From a virus (Duplodnaviria > Caudoviricetes): a DNA stretch of 63,699 nucleotides. The DNA is taken from positions 1-63,699 of the IMG/VR virus record IMGVR_UViG_3300024988_000002; one strand, given 5' to 3'. Positions 59,621-63,699 of this stretch are shown one piece after another (within the stretch, counting starts at the first letter, position 1; every line of letters starts with the position of its first letter). The position numbers and the translations under genes were made by a program. The notes under the pieces were generated by a model. That model searched no databases. It was given only the letters and a program-made list of their open reading frames with translations, and was not told where the DNA came from.

Positions 59621-59794
59621 TCACTTCTTGGGCCCGTGGTAGTTCTTCTGGCCTGGGGCCGCGCCTTTGGAACGCGCGATTTCGCCGATCACAGCTTTCG
59701 GCACACCTTGCGACGCAAGCTGCGCGGCGCGGCCGCCGTGCCCTAGCTTGTTGCTCTTGCCGTGAAAACTTCCCGACTTCTTCGTGTTACCCAT
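59621..59794 (-). CDS. Small basic Gly/Lys-rich protein (57 aa, not in ORF track)
   Basis: MGNTKKSGSFHGKSNKLGHGGRAAQL...HGPKK; AAGGA RBS. Confidence 0.6.
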   Translation of the reverse strand: MGNTKKSGSFHGKSNKLGHGGRAAQLASQGVPKAVIGEIARSKGAAPGQKNYHGPKK

Positions 59795-59798
59795 ACGA

Positions 59799-60218
59799 TC
59801 AGTCCTTTCGGTTGATGATGGCGTGGGCGATGCCGACGCCGCCCGACGTAATGAATATCCCGCCGATAATCAGGCCGCCCCAATCGGTGAGCAGCGCATA
59901 TTTCAACGGCGGTGTCGTGCCCCACCCCAGACACAGGTCCCAGACGATCACCTTGTTGAGGTAGAAGATGAATGGGAATGCAAAGCCAACCACGACGAAC
60001 GACAGCACCCATGACGACGCAACAGCCTGCATCCAGCCTACTTTGGCCTGGTTGCTTGCCACCTCCGCTTGGACTGCGGCGACTGCAACGTCGCGGGTCG
60101 TGCCCCAGCGCGCCTGGTACATCGACACCTTGCTATCGTACACCTTGCCGACCACGAACTGCGCGAGCGCAGTGAAGCCAGGGATCAGATGCAGGAGCGA
60201 GAGAAGGGCCGCGATCAT
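59799..60218 (-). CDS. Putative holin (multi-TM membrane protein)
   Basis: Three hydrophobic segments, KVIVWD..LG.G.T motif; in the lysis cassette. Confidence 0.6.
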   Translation of the reverse strand: MIAALLSLLHLIPGFTALAQFVVGKVYDSKVSMYQARWGTTRDVAVAAVQAEVASNQAKVGWMQAVASSWVLSFVVVGFAFPFIFYLNKVIVWDLCLGWGTTPPLKYALLTDWGGLIIGGIFITSGGVGIAHAIINRKD

Positions 60219-60454
60219 TTAGGCCCTCGTTGCCAGTCTTCACGCCGGCGCCGCAAGAGCTCGGCGACGAACCCGTTCACGAGGATGTAGCACTGCAGCA
60301 GACGGTGGTCGCTGATGAATGCGGTCATGTCGACCTGTTGCGCGGCGGTGTAGAACGCGAAGAACACAAACTGCATGCGCGCCCACAGGATCGTTTCGCT
60401 CGAACGAAACGACGCGTGAAACCTCGCCCACCAACCTCGAACTGTCTGTTTCAT
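60215..60454 (-). CDS. Small membrane protein of the lysis cassette
   Basis: SETILWAR...two hydrophobic stretches...LRRRR; ATGA-coupled to the endolysin. Confidence 0.55.
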   Translation of the reverse strand: MKQTVRGWWARFHASFRSSETILWARMQFVFFAFYTAAQQVDMTAFISDHRLLQCYILVNGFVAELLRRRREDWQRGPK

Positions 60455-61245
60455 ATGTGCACCACTTTGTTCGCCGCAGCGGCGGCGCGCTCGTGGAGCA
60501 GCTCGTAAACCACTCCAGCAGCAACGACAGCGCCGCACGCGGCGGCGATGCCCCACCACGGAGCGCCGGCGGCGTAGCCCGCAGTGCCGACAGCGACAAC
60601 GCCGCCCACTGCCGGGGCGCTGGCGGACTTCGCTGCGTGCGTAGCTTTCGGCAGTCCGGGAATAACATTGGGCGGCGGCGGCACAGCAGTCGGCTTCCGC
60701 GTACCTCCGGCGGCAAGCTGTTTGCTGTAACTACGAAGATCTTCCACACGCTTTTGCCAGCCGCGGCCGAACTCCTTCCACGCCTCGCCATTCCGGATCG
60801 ACCGCATGAACTTGAGCCGCTCGGCGCAGGTTTCGTCGATCAGCCACCAGGGGTCGACCTTCCCGACCGCCTTGACGAGCGCTGCGTCCATCTTGTTACC
60901 GCCTGGCGTGTTAAGCAGGCGGCGCCACACCAGGACGGGGCGCGCAACCCCGGAGTTGACCCCGTAATCGAGCCCGACCACATCGACCCCAGACGGCAAA
61001 TCGTCGAAGTAGAGCGGCAACGCGTACTTGAGACGGTAGATCTGCTCGGCTTCGTCCAGCGTCATAGCCCGCACGATCGGCGCCCACGCCGCCATCGACG
61101 TCATCTTCTCATGGCGAAACTCGGCGAGGTCGTAGCAAGTGATGCCGTACTTCGTCGGTCCGCCGGTGTCCTTCTTGTTCCACCCATAACCGCCTTCGTA
61201 GTCGTGGATCAGGCGGTCAATGAAAGCCGTGTAGTTGGCGTACAT
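60451..61245 (-). CDS. Endolysin, glycoside hydrolase family 108, with C-terminal hydrophobic segments
   Basis: EGGY....D.GGPTKYGIT, LPSGVD....D.GVNSG, FGRGW.KRV. Confidence 0.9.
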   Translation of the reverse strand: MYANYTAFIDRLIHDYEGGYGWNKKDTGGPTKYGITCYDLAEFRHEKMTSMAAWAPIVRAMTLDEAEQIYRLKYALPLYFDDLPSGVDVVGLDYGVNSGVARPVLVWRRLLNTPGGNKMDAALVKAVGKVDPWWLIDETCAERLKFMRSIRNGEAWKEFGRGWQKRVEDLRSYSKQLAAGGTRKPTAVPPPPNVIPGLPKATHAAKSASAPAVGGVVAVGTAGYAAGAPWWGIAAACGAVVAAGVVYELLHERAAAAANKVVHI

Positions 61246-61255
61246 TGGCGCCTCC

Positions 61256-61588
61256 TTAAGCGTGCGGCGCCTCCGGCGCGGGTGCGGCCGGCGCGGGCAC
61301 TGGCGTTACCGTGGCGGTAACGGACGGGACCTGGACCTGAGCGGGCGGCGCTGGGGTTGGAGCGGGCGGAGGAACGGGAACGATCTTCGAGAAGACATCC
61401 GCCACCGCGGCTTTAACGTCGGCCTTGGCCTTGGCCTCGACGTTCGCCATCGCCGACCGAAATTCGGCTGAGGTACCGGAAACCCAGTCCTTGATCTTCT
61501 GGCTGAACAGAACTCCGGCGACGAGAGACGCCGTACAAAGAACAGCGGTGCTGGTAGCGTAGCTGATAGCGGTGGTGAGGAACGGCAT
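61256..61588 (-). CDS. Hypothetical protein with N-terminal TM and Pro-rich tail
   Basis: Upstream of the endolysin. Confidence 0.55.
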   Translation of the reverse strand: MPFLTTAISYATSTAVLCTASLVAGVLFSQKIKDWVSGTSAEFRSAMANVEAKAKADVKAAVADVFSKIVPVPPPAPTPAPPAQVQVPSVTATVTPVPAPAAPAPEAPHA

Positions 61589-61603
61589 GGCGCGACATCC
61601 AGG

Positions 61604-61903
61604 TTATGGCGGAATAACGGTGAAGTTGATCGTGTCGATCACGATTTCACCGAGCGTGTCCGTTACCTGAACCTGTACGCTAAAGGCTTCGTTTATCGAG
61701 CCGCCGCTCACCCAGAAGAAAAGGTCGTCTGCAGTGACGGAGGCTTGATCGACAGTCACATCTGCGGGAGCGGGCGCGACCACGGTTGCGCTAAAGCCGG
61801 TCGACTGGTTGAGCGTGCGGCCGTCGTCAAGCCAGTCGCGGTACTCGACTTTGTACCGCGTCTTGTTGCCAGCCGTGTGTTGTTTGCGCGCAAGCAGCAT
61901 CAT
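61604..61903 (-). CDS. Putative fibre adaptor protein
   Basis: RY.V.Y.DWL...FWVSGG...Y/F.V.V.VT..G pattern. Confidence 0.55.
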   Translation of the reverse strand: MMLLARKQHTAGNKTRYKVEYRDWLDDGRTLNQSTGFSATVVAPAPADVTVDQASVTADDLFFWVSGGSINEAFSVQVQVTDTLGEIVIDTINFTVIPP

Positions 61904-61998
61904 TTCCTCGCTGGACGTATAATGGCGTTGTTCACCGGCGGCCGAACGATGGTGCGATCAACTGCTGGGCGATGAATGGTGTTGTTCATGGGCCGCTC

Positions 61999-62733
61999 TC
62001 AATTCATCACTGCGGTCACAGTAGTCGCGCTCGACGGGGCTAACGCGATCACCGCCGCGTCTACAATGAGGCCGGCGTTGGCGACGACGGCACCAGAATA
62101 ATCCAACGCAACAGCCTGGGAGCTAAGAGCAGATCCGTATGCGTTCGCCGAAACGATCTCGAACGCCACGGACACTCCGCCTATGTTTGCGATAGCGAGG
62201 AGCGAAGTAAACCCGGTCGGAGTACGCCCTGATGTCATCGTGTTTTGCCGGGCGCCACCGAACGCCAAAGCTAGTGGTATCTGCTGCGTACTTATCGTTG
62301 CCGACGGCGCCGCGTTCCCTGACACGGCTTGGGACCCAGGAAGGGATGCGTCCGTATCCCAAGGTGAGGCTGGGTTATACAAACTCTTGAGCGCCACCAC
62401 GCCCAAGCACGCGTCGTCAATGGTGACGTTCGCTGTAACCGTAATGGTGGTCGCCCCGGCGGTCGGCTTCAACGCCCACCATACTTCAAGAGCGTTACGC
62501 CGTGAGTCGTTTCCCTGCCACGGGAGCGCCTTTCGCTTGGCCCACGTCAGCCCCGCCGTGTCCGAAACACTCGACACCGAGATGCCGCTTGGCGCGCCCG
62601 CGTTCGATTGTTCGGCATAGAAACAGACAACGAGCACCTCGTTTGCGCCAGCCGTGGTTATCGACACCGCTCCATTGGTCGCCGTGCTAAACTTGCCGCT
62701 CGCTTGCGTGTCGATATAGTCCAAAGTCGCCAT
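61999..62733 (-). CDS. Putative tail fibre/receptor-binding domain protein
   Basis: Beta-rich A/S/T protein (VSSVSDTAGLTW.KR, EVWWA) downstream of the collagen fibre gene. Confidence 0.55.
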   Translation of the reverse strand: MATLDYIDTQASGKFSTATNGAVSITTAGANEVLVVCFYAEQSNAGAPSGISVSSVSDTAGLTWAKRKALPWQGNDSRRNALEVWWALKPTAGATTITVTANVTIDDACLGVVALKSLYNPASPWDTDASLPGSQAVSGNAAPSATISTQQIPLALAFGGARQNTMTSGRTPTGFTSLLAIANIGGVSVAFEIVSANAYGSALSSQAVALDYSGAVVANAGLIVDAAVIALAPSSATTVTAVMN

Positions 62734-62742
62734 CGACGATCC

Positions 62743-63699
<957 letters not shown>

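Larger units (their letters stand above)
4497..61320. repeat. Dispersed 15-bp palindrome TTACCGYNRCGGTAA (at least 22 copies)
   Basis: Perfect copies start at 4497, 7238, 18751, 22153, 24213, 27719, 30702, 33195, 36915, 38736, 41401, 43656, 46386, 50183, 52999, 58673 and 61306; one-mismatch copies at 26308, 34844, 37907, 40940 and 44172. Confidence 0.92.

Noticed and set aside
4497-61320. CRISPR array or REP/MITE interpretation of the 15-bp palindromes
   Set aside because: Copies are kilobases apart, mostly intragenic, with no spacers, shared flanks or cas/transposase genes.

Overview
The window appears to be an essentially complete, circularly permuted genome (about 63.5 kb) of a GC-rich tailed phage. 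Bases 1-206 are identical to 63494-63699, and a collagen-like gene reads in frame across that junction. Morphogenesis and lysis genes lie on the minus strand (about 46.1-63.7 kb and 1-20.8 kb): TerS/TerL, portal, scaffold, major capsid, adaptors, a tail/nozzle protein, large internal virion proteins and a GH108 endolysin. Early and replication genes lie on the plus strand (21.8-46.0 kb): a MoxR-like ATPase/vWA pair, family A DNA polymerase, MazG-like/DUF4406/DUF5664 nucleotide enzymes, PD-(D/E)XK and VRR-NUC nucleases, an SNF2-type helicase and a primase-helicase. I recognised no tape measure, sheath, RNA polymerase or integrase gene, so a podovirus-like morphology is inferred. An alphaproteobacterial host is inferred from a tRNA-Cys fragment and a CtrA-like winged-helix domain. 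The main observations are: (1) a 15-bp palindrome TTACCGYNRCGGTAA present in at least 17 perfect and 5 one-mismatch copies, mostly 2-4 kb apart and mostly inside genes in different frames; (2) a glycosyltransferase/methyltransferase/epimerase cluster directly behind Thr-rich Gly-Pro-Thr collagen-like genes in the head module, a candidate virion glycosylation system; (3) a type II hammerhead ribozyme in the early region; (4) an attP-like site (5' half of tRNA-Cys flanked by four TGTCTAAC repeats) followed by an HNH-type nuclease instead of an integrase. All family assignments come from motif recognition by eye, not database searches.
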